A DNA stretch of 64,000 bases from Gammaproteobacteria bacterium. Its GTDB lineage: Bacteria > Pseudomonadota > Gammaproteobacteria > SZUA-140. Shown piece after piece: positions 11,071 through 19,498 of the stretch (position 1 is the stretch's first letter; each line of letters starts with the position of its first letter). Location: positions 685,414 through 749,413 of the forward strand of contig JADJWH010000001.1 in the NCBI GenBank assembly GCA_016716465.1, read 5' to 3'. The position numbers and the translations under genes are program-made. Below the pieces are notes generated by a model. That model was given only the letters and a program-made list of their open reading frames with translations, had not been told where the DNA came from and ran no database searches.

Positions 11071-11892
11071 TGCGCGCGGCATCTCCGCGTGATACCAGGG
11101 GAACAGTCGCCGCGACAGCCGGCGCAGGAGCAGGTCGAAGGCATAGGCCAGCAGGGTGATCCAGGCGACGTAGGGCAGGATGAGGTCCATGGCCAGATAG
11201 CGCCGCACCAGAAAGATGCGATAGCCGAGTCCGTCGGTCGCCGCGATCGCCTCGGCCGCGATCAGGAACAGCCACGCCGCGCCCAGCGAGAGCCGGACCG
11301 CGTCGAGCAGGCGCGGCAGGATCTGCGGCAGCACCACGCGCAGGATGACCAGCCAGGTCGAGGCGCCCAGGGTCTGGGCCTTGATCAGCTGTTCCGGCGG
11401 GATCTCACCCGTGCGCAGCGCGAGGTCACGGATCAGGAAGGGCGTGATGCCGATGACGATCAGCACGATCTTCGAAACCTCGCCCAGCCCGAACACGATG
11501 AACAGGATGGGCAGGATCGCGAGCGGCGGAATCAGCGAGAGCACCGCCACCAGCGGAGCGAAGGCCGCGCGCAGGCGCGGGATGACGCCGATCAGCACGC
11601 CCGCCGCCAGCCCCAGCAGGGCGCTGATCAGGATGCCCGAGCCCAGACGCAGCAGACTGCTCGCGGTGTCCTTCCACAGCAGGATATCGCCGCTGCGCGC
11701 GTCCGGCTCGAAGGCGACCTGCTGGATGGCCGCGCCGAAGGCGGCGAAGGAGGGCAGCAGCTTGTCATTCGGATTCGACGCGAGACGCAGGTCCGAGCCG
11801 ACGATGTAGGCCGCCACGATCAGCAGGAAGGGCAGCGCGCCCAGGGCGAGCGCGCCGGACCTTCCGGGATGCTGATTGAGCAGGCGGGGCAT
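11068..11892 (-). CDS. ABC transporter permease (NitT/TauT family)
   Basis: Polytopic membrane protein containing an EAA-like loop (AAEAIAATDGLGYRIF). Confidence 0.85.
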   Translation of the reverse strand: MPRLLNQHPGRSGALALGALPFLLIVAAYIVGSDLRLASNPNDKLLPSFAAFGAAIQQVAFEPDARSGDILLWKDTASSLLRLGSGILISALLGLAAGVLIGVIPRLRAAFAPLVAVLSLIPPLAILPILFIVFGLGEVSKIVLIVIGITPFLIRDLALRTGEIPPEQLIKAQTLGASTWLVILRVVLPQILPRLLDAVRLSLGAAWLFLIAAEAIAATDGLGYRIFLVRRYLAMDLILPYVAWITLLAYAFDLLLRRLSRRLFPWYHAEMPRA

Positions 11893-11895
11893 GGA

Positions 11896-12975
11896 CTAGA
11901 GATTGCCGTCCGCCGCCATCTTCATGTAGGCCGAGGTGAAGCGCAGCTTGACGTTGCCCTTGTCGCCGAGCAACTTGTCACCGGGGAAGCTGATCCCGAC
12001 CGCATCGACGCTGCGCGCACCCTCGCCGAGGATCCCGTGGTCGAAGGAAAATGTGCGCACATGGTCCATGGTCTGGATCAGATCCGCACTGTCGGTGAAC
12101 TTCACCGCGTCGGCGGCGGCATAGAACATCTTGGTGGTCTTGAGCTGGCTGTCATAGCCGGCGAGATCGGTGCCGGAGGCCTGGCCCATGTGGGTCCGCG
12201 CCGCGGCGCCCGCCGCATCCTTGGCGGACATCAACGCCATCGTCTCGTACCAGGCGCCGGTGAGCGCCTTGCCGAGGGCCGGATTGGCGCTGAGCGTCGC
12301 GCTGTTCACCACCATCATATCGATGATCTCGCCGGGGATCTGGCTGGAATCGAAGACGGGTTTGGCGCCCGGCATGGCCGTGACTTCGCTCAGCTGCGGG
12401 TTCCAGGTGACCAGGGCGGTGACATCCGGCGAGGAAAAGGCGGCAACGATATCGGCGTCGGAGGTATTGACTACGGTGATGTCCTTCTCCTTCAGACTGA
12501 CCGTATCGAGCGCGCGCGCGAGCAGATAATGCGAGACCGAGAGCTCGACCAGATTGACCTTCCTGCCCTTGATGTCCTTCAGTGCGGCGGCGTTCTTCAG
12601 GATGATGCCGTCGTTGCCGTTGGAGAAGTCGCCGACGATCAGGGCGGTGGAATCGACGCCGCCGGCGGCCGGGATGGTCAGGGCGTCCATGTTGGTCATC
12701 ACGCAGCCGTCGAAGGCGCCGGCGGTGTACTGATTGATGGATTCAATGTAGTCGTTGATCTGCACCACCTCGATATCGATGCCGTACTTGTCGGCCCATT
12801 TCTTCACGATGCCCTGGCTGGCGGCGTATTCCCACGGCATCCACCCGACGTAGATGCTCCATGCGACGCGGAACTTGGTCTTCTCGGCGGCGAGCGCGCC
12901 GGGGGCGGCGCCGAACATCAGGAGGGCGAAGGCGAGCAGCAATGCGGATACGGCGGAAACTCTGGACGTTTTCAT
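11896..12975 (-). CDS. ABC transporter periplasmic substrate-binding protein (NitT/TauT family); candidate guanidine-binding protein
   Basis: Signal peptide MKTSRVSAVSALLLAFALLMFGAAPGALA. AAGGGGA Shine-Dalgarno sequence before the ATG (reverse complement of 12973-12975). It sits downstream of a guanidine-I riboswitch. Confidence 0.85.
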   Translation of the reverse strand: MKTSRVSAVSALLLAFALLMFGAAPGALAAEKTKFRVAWSIYVGWMPWEYAASQGIVKKWADKYGIDIEVVQINDYIESINQYTAGAFDGCVMTNMDALTIPAAGGVDSTALIVGDFSNGNDGIILKNAAALKDIKGRKVNLVELSVSHYLLARALDTVSLKEKDITVVNTSDADIVAAFSSPDVTALVTWNPQLSEVTAMPGAKPVFDSSQIPGEIIDMMVVNSATLSANPALGKALTGAWYETMALMSAKDAAGAAARTHMGQASGTDLAGYDSQLKTTKMFYAAADAVKFTDSADLIQTMDHVRTFSFDHGILGEGARSVDAVGISFPGDKLLGDKGNVKLRFTSAYMKMAADGNL

Positions 12976-13137
12976 ATTTTCCCCTTGAGCTGTCAGTTCT
13001 GTTGCGTCAGACCGAGTGCCGGGGAGGTATGCGCCGAGACGGACCGGAGAAGCCGGCAGGCACCGTCAGGACATCACACATCCGCGGCCTGTGCCTCCCG
13101 GGCTTTTATCCCGCCGTGTATCCGAGCTCTCCGAACC

Positions 13138-13166
13138 GGGGACAGATTTATTTATCCGATCTGTCC
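13138..13166. repeat. Degenerate REP-like palindrome inside riboswitch 2 (P2-region hairpin)
   Basis: ggggacagatttatttatccgatctgtcc. Confidence 0.5.
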
Positions 13167-13216
13167 GCGTGTCGTGCCGCCCGGACTGCATCCCTTGGAC
13201 CAGCCATCCCTGGGAA

Positions 13217-13241
13217 CGGGGACAGATTTAAAATCTGTCCC
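13217..13241. repeat. 25-bp REP-like palindrome forming the P1a-position hairpin of riboswitch 2
   Basis: ggggacagatttaaaatctgtcccc, directly downstream of CUAGGGUUCCGG on the minus strand. Confidence 0.8.
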
Positions 13242-13600
13242 CGGTACAAGAGACCGGAACCCTAGATGCTCTGAACAGGGTTTAGCAATTAGCATGCCGC
13301 GCCCATGGGCAAGGCCTGTGGCGCGAGCTAACAGATTGACTGTTCTTGCATTCGCCTGTGCGATCTTCACCGTGGCTCGCGCATGACTGAGCCCGCGCGA
13401 CAGTCCGTCGCGAATAATTGCCCCATCATGGTGAGGCGACACTTCGAAATGCGCGGAAATGGTGCCTGATAAGCGAGTCAGGGCCGGGCGCACGGCGCGT
13501 GTTCCGCGGGAATCCGTGCCGGCATTCCATCATCGAACTGTTGGCTATTCCATCACTTAGCCGATGGCACGCATTGTCCCGGTTCATGCCTGGTGCAGGA

Positions 13601-13616
13601 TGGTACGCCGCTTGCA
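13601..13616 (+). promoter_or_regulatory. Sigma-54-type promoter candidate (TGGTAC-N5-TTGCA) driving the gdmH leader
   Basis: GG-N10-GC spacing is exact and the -12 TTGCA is perfect, with one mismatch at -24. The predicted transcription start lies ~40 nt before the aptamer. Confidence 0.35.
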
Positions 13617-13666
13617 ATCTCACAGGGCAAGCGGCCATGGCCGCGATAATCAGCCTATCAGGATGA

Positions 13667-13793
13667 CTAGGGTTCCGGTTCCGCGTGGTACGCGGGGACA
13701 GATGTAAATCCGTCCCCGATGGCGATGCGGGGCGACTGGTCCGAGAGTCATCGGCCTCCGGCGCGGAGGTTACACGGCGGGATAAAAGCCCGG
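13667..13793 (+). promoter_or_regulatory. Guanidine-I (ykkC-type) riboswitch aptamer in the gdmH leader
   Basis: CUAGGGUUCCGG ... GGUCCGAGAG ... ACACGGCGGGAUAAAAGCCCGGGAGAG. All three hallmark ykkC blocks are present in the correct order. Confidence 0.8.
13694..13717. repeat. REP-like palindrome (one arm mismatch) embedded in the P1a-position hairpin of riboswitch 1
   Basis: ggggacagatgtaaatccgtcccc. Confidence 0.6.
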
Positions 13794-13817
13794 GAGAGCA
13801 GGCCTCTCTCGACTTTT
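13794..13817 (+). terminator. Riboswitch expression-platform intrinsic terminator
   Basis: gagagcaggcctctctc followed by gacTTTTGTT. The 5' half overlaps the aptamer 3' end (CCCGGGAGAG), the classic ligand-ON arrangement. Confidence 0.5.
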
Positions 13818-13850
13818 GTTCAACGGTAACCGTTCAGACCAGGAGGACAC

Positions 13851-15044
13851 ATGGCCGATTTTTCCCGATACCGTTCCCGTACGCTGAAACCTTCGCTGCG
13901 CAATCCGGCGCACCGGCACCACCCCTCGTTCGACAAGACCCAGCTGCATGGCTGGAAGGCCGCGCACAAAGAGGCCGAACTGTCACATAGCGGCTGGGAC
14001 GCGGAGGAAAGGCGCTGTCTGGAGCTCGGACTGCCGGGTGCGGACAGCATCCAGGACAAATCGATCCCCACCTTCGCCCGCGGCGAGCTGCCGCACTATG
14101 CGGGCATCAACACCTTCATGAAGGCCCCGTACTGCGAGGACATCAAGGATGTCGGCAAGTACGATGCGGCGATCATCGGCGTGCCGTTCGATGGCGGCAC
14201 CACCTACCGGCCCGGCACGCGCTTCGGGCCACAGGGCATCCGGCGCATCTCGGCGCTGTATACGCCCTATAACTACGAACTCGGCGTCGACCTGCGCGAG
14301 CAGATGACCCTGTGCGATACCGGGGACGTGTTCACGATCCCGGCCAATATCGAGAAGACCTTCGACCAGATCAGTCGCGCGGTCGGTTACGTGTTCGCGA
14401 GCGGGGCGCTGCCGATCATCCTGGGCGGCGACCACTCGATCGGATTCGCCACGGTACGCGGCATCGCGCAGCAGACCGACAAAAAGATCGGCATCATCCA
14501 CTTCGACCGCCACGCCGACATCCAGGAAAAGGATCTCGACGAGCGCATGCACACGACGCCGTGGTTCCATGCCACCAATCTGCCCAACGTGCCGGCGTCC
14601 AATCTGGTGCAGATCGGCATCGGCGGCTGGCAGGTGCCACGCCAGGCGGTGAAGGAGGCGCGCAAGCGCGACACCACGATCATCACGATGAACGACGTGG
14701 AGAAGCTCGGCCTCGACAAGGTGGCGGAGATCGCGCTGGAAACCGCCTGGCACGATGCGGACGCGGTCTATCTGAGCTTCGACATCGACAGCGTGGACGC
14801 CGGCTTCGTGCCGGGCACCGGCTGGCCGGAGCCGGGCGGTTTCCTGCCGCGCGAGATCCTCTATCTATTGGGCATGGTCGCGCGCGAGGGCATCTGCGGC
14901 ATGGAGGTCGTGGAGGTCTCGCCACCCTACGACGTCTCTGACATCACCTCGCTGATGGCGATGCGGGGCATCGTCGACGTGCTCGGCACCCTGGTCGCCC
15001 ACGGCAAGATGGGCGCGCACCGGCACATCATTCGTGGCAGGTGA
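13851..15044 (+). CDS. gdmH: Arginase/agmatinase-family ureohydrolase with a long N-terminal extension; candidate Ni-dependent guanidine hydrolase (GdmH-like)
   Basis: Ureohydrolase motifs GGDHSI, DAHAD-like HFDRHADI, SFDIDSVD. 397 aa. AGGAGG Shine-Dalgarno sequence 5 nt before ATG 13851. Directly downstream of a guanidine-I riboswitch. Confidence 0.75.
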   Translation: MADFSRYRSRTLKPSLRNPAHRHHPSFDKTQLHGWKAAHKEAELSHSGWDAEERRCLELGLPGADSIQDKSIPTFARGELPHYAGINTFMKAPYCEDIKDVGKYDAAIIGVPFDGGTTYRPGTRFGPQGIRRISALYTPYNYELGVDLREQMTLCDTGDVFTIPANIEKTFDQISRAVGYVFASGALPIILGGDHSIGFATVRGIAQQTDKKIGIIHFDRHADIQEKDLDERMHTTPWFHATNLPNVPASNLVQIGIGGWQVPRQAVKEARKRDTTIITMNDVEKLGLDKVAEIALETAWHDADAVYLSFDIDSVDAGFVPGTGWPEPGGFLPREILYLLGMVAREGICGMEVVEVSPPYDVSDITSLMAMRGIVDVLGTLVAHGKMGAHRHIIRGR

Positions 15045-15093
15045 GCGGAGGCATGGCATTGAAACTTGATCAGCCGCGCCGTGGGCGTGCTTC

Positions 15094-15121
15094 GGGGACA
15101 GATTTAATCAAATCTGTCCCC
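15094..15121. repeat. REP-like palindrome (28-bp variant)
   Basis: ggggacagatttaatcaaatctgtcccc, 50 bp past the gdmH stop. Confidence 0.8.
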
Positions 15122-15136
15122 GTTCATGCGCAGATG

Positions 15137-15208
15137 GAGCGCAGCGGAATCCGGGGATCAATTGATTGTTCCCCGGATTCCGGCGCGTTGCGCCTTCATC
15201 CGGGCTAC
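15137..15208. repeat. Inverted pair of CCCGGATTCCG(C/G)...ATCCGGGCTAC hairpin repeats
   Basis: gagcgcagcggaatccgggg, then the atcaattgat palindrome, then ccccggattccggcgcgttgcgccttcatccgggctac. Confidence 0.45.
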
Positions 15209-15446
15209 ATGGATAGCGCGCAGAGTGATCTTATTTAACCCGCCCCTGGATTATGAAATGAGCAGACATAGCCGAATGGGAAGTGATTTTTTTACAGGCC
15301 GCAAACATCTCCACGTTAAAAAACTGCGCCATTCGATGGCATTTGCGCGCGAACGTGATGCGTGATGGTGCGATTTTCTTCACTCAGGCGTTGCATAAAA
15401 ACACGGAAAAATTCTATCTCGCTAATCAATAAAGAAAATATTTTTG

Positions 15447-15461
15447 TGGCACAAAGGATGC
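15447..15461 (+). promoter_or_regulatory. Sigma-54-type promoter candidate (TGGCAC-N5-ATGCT) upstream of the OMP/urt genes
   Basis: TGGCACaaaggATGCT in an AT-rich region ~90 nt upstream of the OMP start. Confidence 0.35.
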
Positions 15462-15551
15462 TATTCCCAGTTCGTACTTTGTTCGAACAAAGCACAGGGT
15501 TGGATCAAGGCAGTTTTATCAACGTGAAATAGGTAGAGGGAGACATAGGAA

Positions 15552-16226
15552 ATGCATACGAAAAAAATCAGTCGTTTGATGCTCGCGGCCAGCCTGGCGG
15601 CCCCCGCCATGGTGTTCATGCCGATGAGCGCGCAGGCCGGCGCGACCGCCAATATCGGCGTTGCCAATATGTATCTGTGGCGCGGCATGGATGTGAGTGC
15701 CTCCGATGCACAGGTGAGCGGCACCCTGCAGTACAACGCCGACAGCGGTTTCTACGTCGGCGGCTGGGCCTCCAGCACCTGGGCCGGCGCAGGATATGAG
15801 CTCGACCTGTATGGTGGTTATGGCGGCAGCGCGGGCGATTTCAAGTACGACATCTCGTTTTGGGAGTACCTGTATCCAGAGGCCGGCTTTGTACCGGGTG
15901 ACGATGTCGGTCTCGGCGACACGGATGCCTCCGACTTGGTGCTGAGCGTCGCCTACGACATGTTCTCGGCCGCCGCCTACGTCAACACGGACAGTGATCT
16001 TCCCGATGCGGTCTATTACACCCTTGGTGTTTCCTCGGGCAAATTCGGCGGTACGTTCGGTTTCTGGACCGGCGATGATGATGCCCTGGACTACAGCCAT
16101 ATCACGCTGAGCTACAACCCGATCGAGTCGCTCACCTTCAAGCTGAGCATGGCTTCCTCGGGCGATACGGAAGTGGAAGAGGATCCCCTGGTCCAGGTTT
16201 CCTATACCTGGGGTTTTGATCTGTAA
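15552..16226 (+). CDS. Small outer-membrane beta-barrel protein (porin-like), possibly a urea/guanidine channel
   Basis: Signal peptide MLAASLAAPAMVFMPMSAQA. Alternating G/Y/S/T-rich strands. C-terminal YTWGFDL. Confidence 0.55.
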   Translation: MHTKKISRLMLAASLAAPAMVFMPMSAQAGATANIGVANMYLWRGMDVSASDAQVSGTLQYNADSGFYVGGWASSTWAGAGYELDLYGGYGGSAGDFKYDISFWEYLYPEAGFVPGDDVGLGDTDASDLVLSVAYDMFSAAAYVNTDSDLPDAVYYTLGVSSGKFGGTFGFWTGDDDALDYSHITLSYNPIESLTFKLSMASSGDTEVEEDPLVQVSYTWGFDL

Positions 16227-16338
16227 GTCATGATGTCGATCCACGCTGTCTAGACTTCGGGGGGCGGGGCCCGCGGGCGCCGTCCCCCGATTCATTTCGT
16301 CATTCACCCGCCATATACAAAAGAAGAGGAAGGGGATC

Positions 16339-17637
16339 ATGAAAAATCACAAATTGCTGAGTTGGAGGAATCTGTTTGGCTCGCTGGCTGCCGTTGCCCT
16401 GACCGCGGGGACCCTGACCGCGCAGGCCGCCGACACGATCAAGGTCGGTGTACTGCATTCGCTGTCCGGCACCATGGCGATCAGCGAGACGACGCTGAAG
16501 GACACGGTCCTGATGCTGGTCGATGAGCAGAACAAGAAGGGCGGCCTGCTCGGCAAGAAGCTCGAGGCGGTGGTGGTCGACCCGGCGTCGAACTGGCCGC
16601 TGTTCGCCGAGAAGGCGCGCGAGCTGATCCAGAAGGACAAGGTCGCGGTGGTGTTCGGCTGCTGGACCTCGGTGTCGCGCAAGTCCGTGCTGCCGGTATT
16701 CGAGGAACTGAACGGACTGCTGTTCTATCCGGTGCAGTATGAAGGCGAGGAGTCCTCCAAGAACGTGTTCTACACCGGCGCGGCGCCCAACCAGCAGGCG
16801 ATCCCGGCGGTGGACTACCTGATGAAGGACATCGGCGTGAAACGCTGGGTGCTGGCCGGCACCGACTATGTGTACCCGCGCACCACCAACAAGATCCTCG
16901 AGGCCTATCTGAAGGCGAAGGGCGTCAAGTCCGAGGACATCATGATCAACTACACGCCGTTCGGCCATTCGGACTGGCAGAGCATCGTGTCCGACATCAA
17001 GAAGTTCGGGTCCGAGGGCAAGAAGACGGCGGTGGTCTCGACCATCAACGGCGACGCCAACGTGCCGTTCTACAAGGAACTCGGCAACCAGGGTATCTCG
17101 GCCGAGGACATCCCGGTCGTGGCATTCTCGGTCGGCGAGGAAGAGCTGTCCGGTCTGGATACCGCCCCGCTGGTCGGGCACCTGGCCGCCTGGAACTACT
17201 TCATGAGCATCGATACGCCGGAAAACGCGGCCTTCATCAAGAAATGGCATGACTTCATCAAGAACCCGAAGCGCGTCACCAACGACCCGATGGAGGCGCA
17301 CGTGATCGGTTTCAACATGTGGGTGAAGGCGGTCGAGAAGGCCGGCACGACGGATACCGACGCGGTTGAGAAGGCGATCATCGGTATCGAGACGCCGAAC
17401 ATGACCGGAGGCATGGCGAAGATGCTGCCCAATCACCACATCACCAAGCCGGTCTTCATCGGTGAGATCCAGGATGACGGCCAGTTCGAGGTGGTCTGGA
17501 AGACCGACGGCCTGGTGCCTGGAGACGCCTGGTCCGACTTCCTGCCCGGCAGCAAGGATATCGAGGCCGACTGGGTGACGCTGAAGTGCGGTAACTACAA
17601 CACCAAGACCAAGAAGTGCTCCGGACAGAATTACTGA
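16339..17637 (+). CDS. urtA: Urea ABC transporter substrate-binding protein
   Basis: 432 aa, Liv-type binding-protein fold: IKVGVLHSLSGTMAISE...VVFGCWTSVSRKSVLPVFEE. Confidence 0.85.
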   Translation: MKNHKLLSWRNLFGSLAAVALTAGTLTAQAADTIKVGVLHSLSGTMAISETTLKDTVLMLVDEQNKKGGLLGKKLEAVVVDPASNWPLFAEKARELIQKDKVAVVFGCWTSVSRKSVLPVFEELNGLLFYPVQYEGEESSKNVFYTGAAPNQQAIPAVDYLMKDIGVKRWVLAGTDYVYPRTTNKILEAYLKAKGVKSEDIMINYTPFGHSDWQSIVSDIKKFGSEGKKTAVVSTINGDANVPFYKELGNQGISAEDIPVVAFSVGEEELSGLDTAPLVGHLAAWNYFMSIDTPENAAFIKKWHDFIKNPKRVTNDPMEAHVIGFNMWVKAVEKAGTTDTDAVEKAIIGIETPNMTGGMAKMLPNHHITKPVFIGEIQDDGQFEVVWKTDGLVPGDAWSDFLPGSKDIEADWVTLKCGNYNTKTKKCSGQNY

Positions 17638-17839
17638 CCGGTGGGGACGCCGGCACCGGGAATACCGGTGCCGGCGCCTCGATTTTCGAACAGTTTTCCA
17701 GATCGGTTGCATGGGCCATCCCCGCGTAGACGGGGGGCGGACACCGGGCGGCCCTGGCCGGGCGCACACCCCCTCAGACGGGGATGACGCAGCGGACGGG
17801 GCGGTTTCTCACCGCAAATTATCGAATTAGGGGCACGGC

Positions 17840-19495
17840 ATGAAGCGATTCTCCGTCGATCCGCGTGTATTGTGCCTGGGCGTGCTGTTGTTGCTGGCCA
17901 CGCTGACGCCGCCTCCGGCGCTGGCGCAGGCCCCGGCGAGTGACGAGGCCCTGAGCGAAGCGGTCGCCGGTTTCACGGCCACCGATTTCGCCGCCAAACA
18001 GTCCGTCGTGGAACGGCTGGCGCAGATGCCGCACCGCCGTACGGTCGTCATTCTGACGGCGATGCTGAATGGCGATCTGTATTATCGCAAGGACGATGAG
18101 CGTGTGGTTATCGCGCAGACCGGCGATGGGGAACTCGCGTTGTTCGATCCCGTCACCGGAGAGGCGCTGGGTGCCGCCGCCAAATCCGACCTCAAGAAGG
18201 TCACGGTCAACAATCCGCTGCGCGGCCTGCTGCGCAACGTCATCGGGCAGTTGAGCCTCTCGAGCCCTGAGCCGGTCGACCGCCTGGCCGCGGTGCGCGA
18301 GATCATGAAGGATCTGTCACCCGACGCGATCGATCAGCTGCGCGCGGCGGAGAGTCGTGAACAGGATTCCCGCGTACTGGAGCAGATCCGTGACGCGCTC
18401 GCACTCGCCGATCTGCAGGGCCAGGATAGGGCGCTGCGTCTGGCCGCCATCGAGCGCCTGGGCGCCAGCCTGGAGCCTGAGGTACGCAATCGCCTGGCGG
18501 TGCTGGCCGAACCGGACGCCGGCGGCAATATCGCCGGGGCCGACGCCGAGTTGCGCCAGGCCGCGCGAGCCGCGCTCGCGCGCATCGACAGCCGCGTGCA
18601 GTTCTATCACCTGCTGGAGACGGTATTCTTCGGCATCAGCCTGGGCTCGGTGCTGCTGCTGGCGGCGATCGGGCTGGCCATCACCTTCGGCGTCATGGGC
18701 GTGATCAACATGGCGCATGGCGAATTGATGATGATCGGCGCCTACACGACCTATGTCGTTCAGCTGCTGATGCCGCAACACATCGACCTGTCGCTGTTCG
18801 TCGCCGTGCCGCTGGCCTTCATCGTGGCAGGCCTGTTCGGGATCCTGATCGAACGCGGGGTGATCCGCTTTCTCTACGGGCGTCCGCTGGAGACCCTGCT
18901 CGCCACCTTCGGTATCAGCCTGGTATTGCAGCAACTGGTGCGTTCGATCTTCTCGCCGCTCAACCGCTCGGTCGCCACGCCATCCTGGATGAGCGGGTCG
19001 CTGGAGATCAACAGCGTGCTCTCGCTGACCTACAACCGGCTGTACATCGTCCTGTTCAGCCTGCTGGTGTTCGCCGCATTGCTGTTGATCCTGAAGAAGA
19101 GCCGGCTTGGCCTGCAGGTGCGCGCGGTGGCCCAGAACCGCGCCATGGCGCGCGCGATGGGCGTGCGCTCGGACTGGGTCGATGCGCTCACCTTCGGGCT
19201 GGGCTCCGGCATCGCCGGCGTCGCCGGGGTCGCGCTCAGCCAGCTCACCAATGTCGGTCCCAATCTCGGCCAGGCGTACATCATCGACTCCTTCATGGTG
19301 GTGGTGTTCGGCGGGGTGGGCAATCTGTGGGGAACCCTGGTCGGCGCGCTCTCGCTCGGCGTCGTGAACAAGTTCCTCGAGCCCTGGTCGGGCGCGGTGC
19401 TGGCCAAGATCTTCGTGCTGGTGGCGATCATCCTGTTCATCCAGAAGCGCCCGCGCGGACTCTTCCCGCAGAAGGGCCGGGCGGCGGAGGACTGA
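17840..19495 (+). CDS. urtB: Urea ABC transporter permease UrtB with a ~260-aa N-terminal periplasmic extension
   Basis: Signal peptide plus a HEAT-like, Ala/Leu-rich N-terminal domain, then the LivH-type permease core (GVINMAHGELMMIGAY). Confidence 0.8.
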   Translation: MKRFSVDPRVLCLGVLLLLATLTPPPALAQAPASDEALSEAVAGFTATDFAAKQSVVERLAQMPHRRTVVILTAMLNGDLYYRKDDERVVIAQTGDGELALFDPVTGEALGAAAKSDLKKVTVNNPLRGLLRNVIGQLSLSSPEPVDRLAAVREIMKDLSPDAIDQLRAAESREQDSRVLEQIRDALALADLQGQDRALRLAAIERLGASLEPEVRNRLAVLAEPDAGGNIAGADAELRQAARAALARIDSRVQFYHLLETVFFGISLGSVLLLAAIGLAITFGVMGVINMAHGELMMIGAYTTYVVQLLMPQHIDLSLFVAVPLAFIVAGLFGILIERGVIRFLYGRPLETLLATFGISLVLQQLVRSIFSPLNRSVATPSWMSGSLEINSVLSLTYNRLYIVLFSLLVFAALLLILKKSRLGLQVRAVAQNRAMARAMGVRSDWVDALTFGLGSGIAGVAGVALSQLTNVGPNLGQAYIIDSFMVVVFGGVGNLWGTLVGALSLGVVNKFLEPWSGAVLAKIFVLVAIILFIQKRPRGLFPQKGRAAED

Positions 19496-19498
19496 GCC

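Larger units (their letters stand above)
13093..13265 (-). promoter_or_regulatory. Guanidine-I (ykkC-type) riboswitch, divergent copy, in the 5' leader of the ABC transporter operon
   Basis: The minus strand reads CUAGGGUUCCGG ... GGUCCAAGGG ... GGUUCGGAGAG ... ACACGGCGGGAUAAAAGCCCGGGAG. This matches the conserved ykkC blocks, with a variant middle block. Two REP-like palindromes occupy the hairpin positions. Confidence 0.55.

Noticed and set aside
13268-13296. Sigma-54-like motif (CGGCAT-N5-TTGCT on the minus strand) upstream of the divergent riboswitch
   Set aside because: Two mismatches in the -24 element. It is only noted as a possibility in the riboswitch finding and not reported as a feature.
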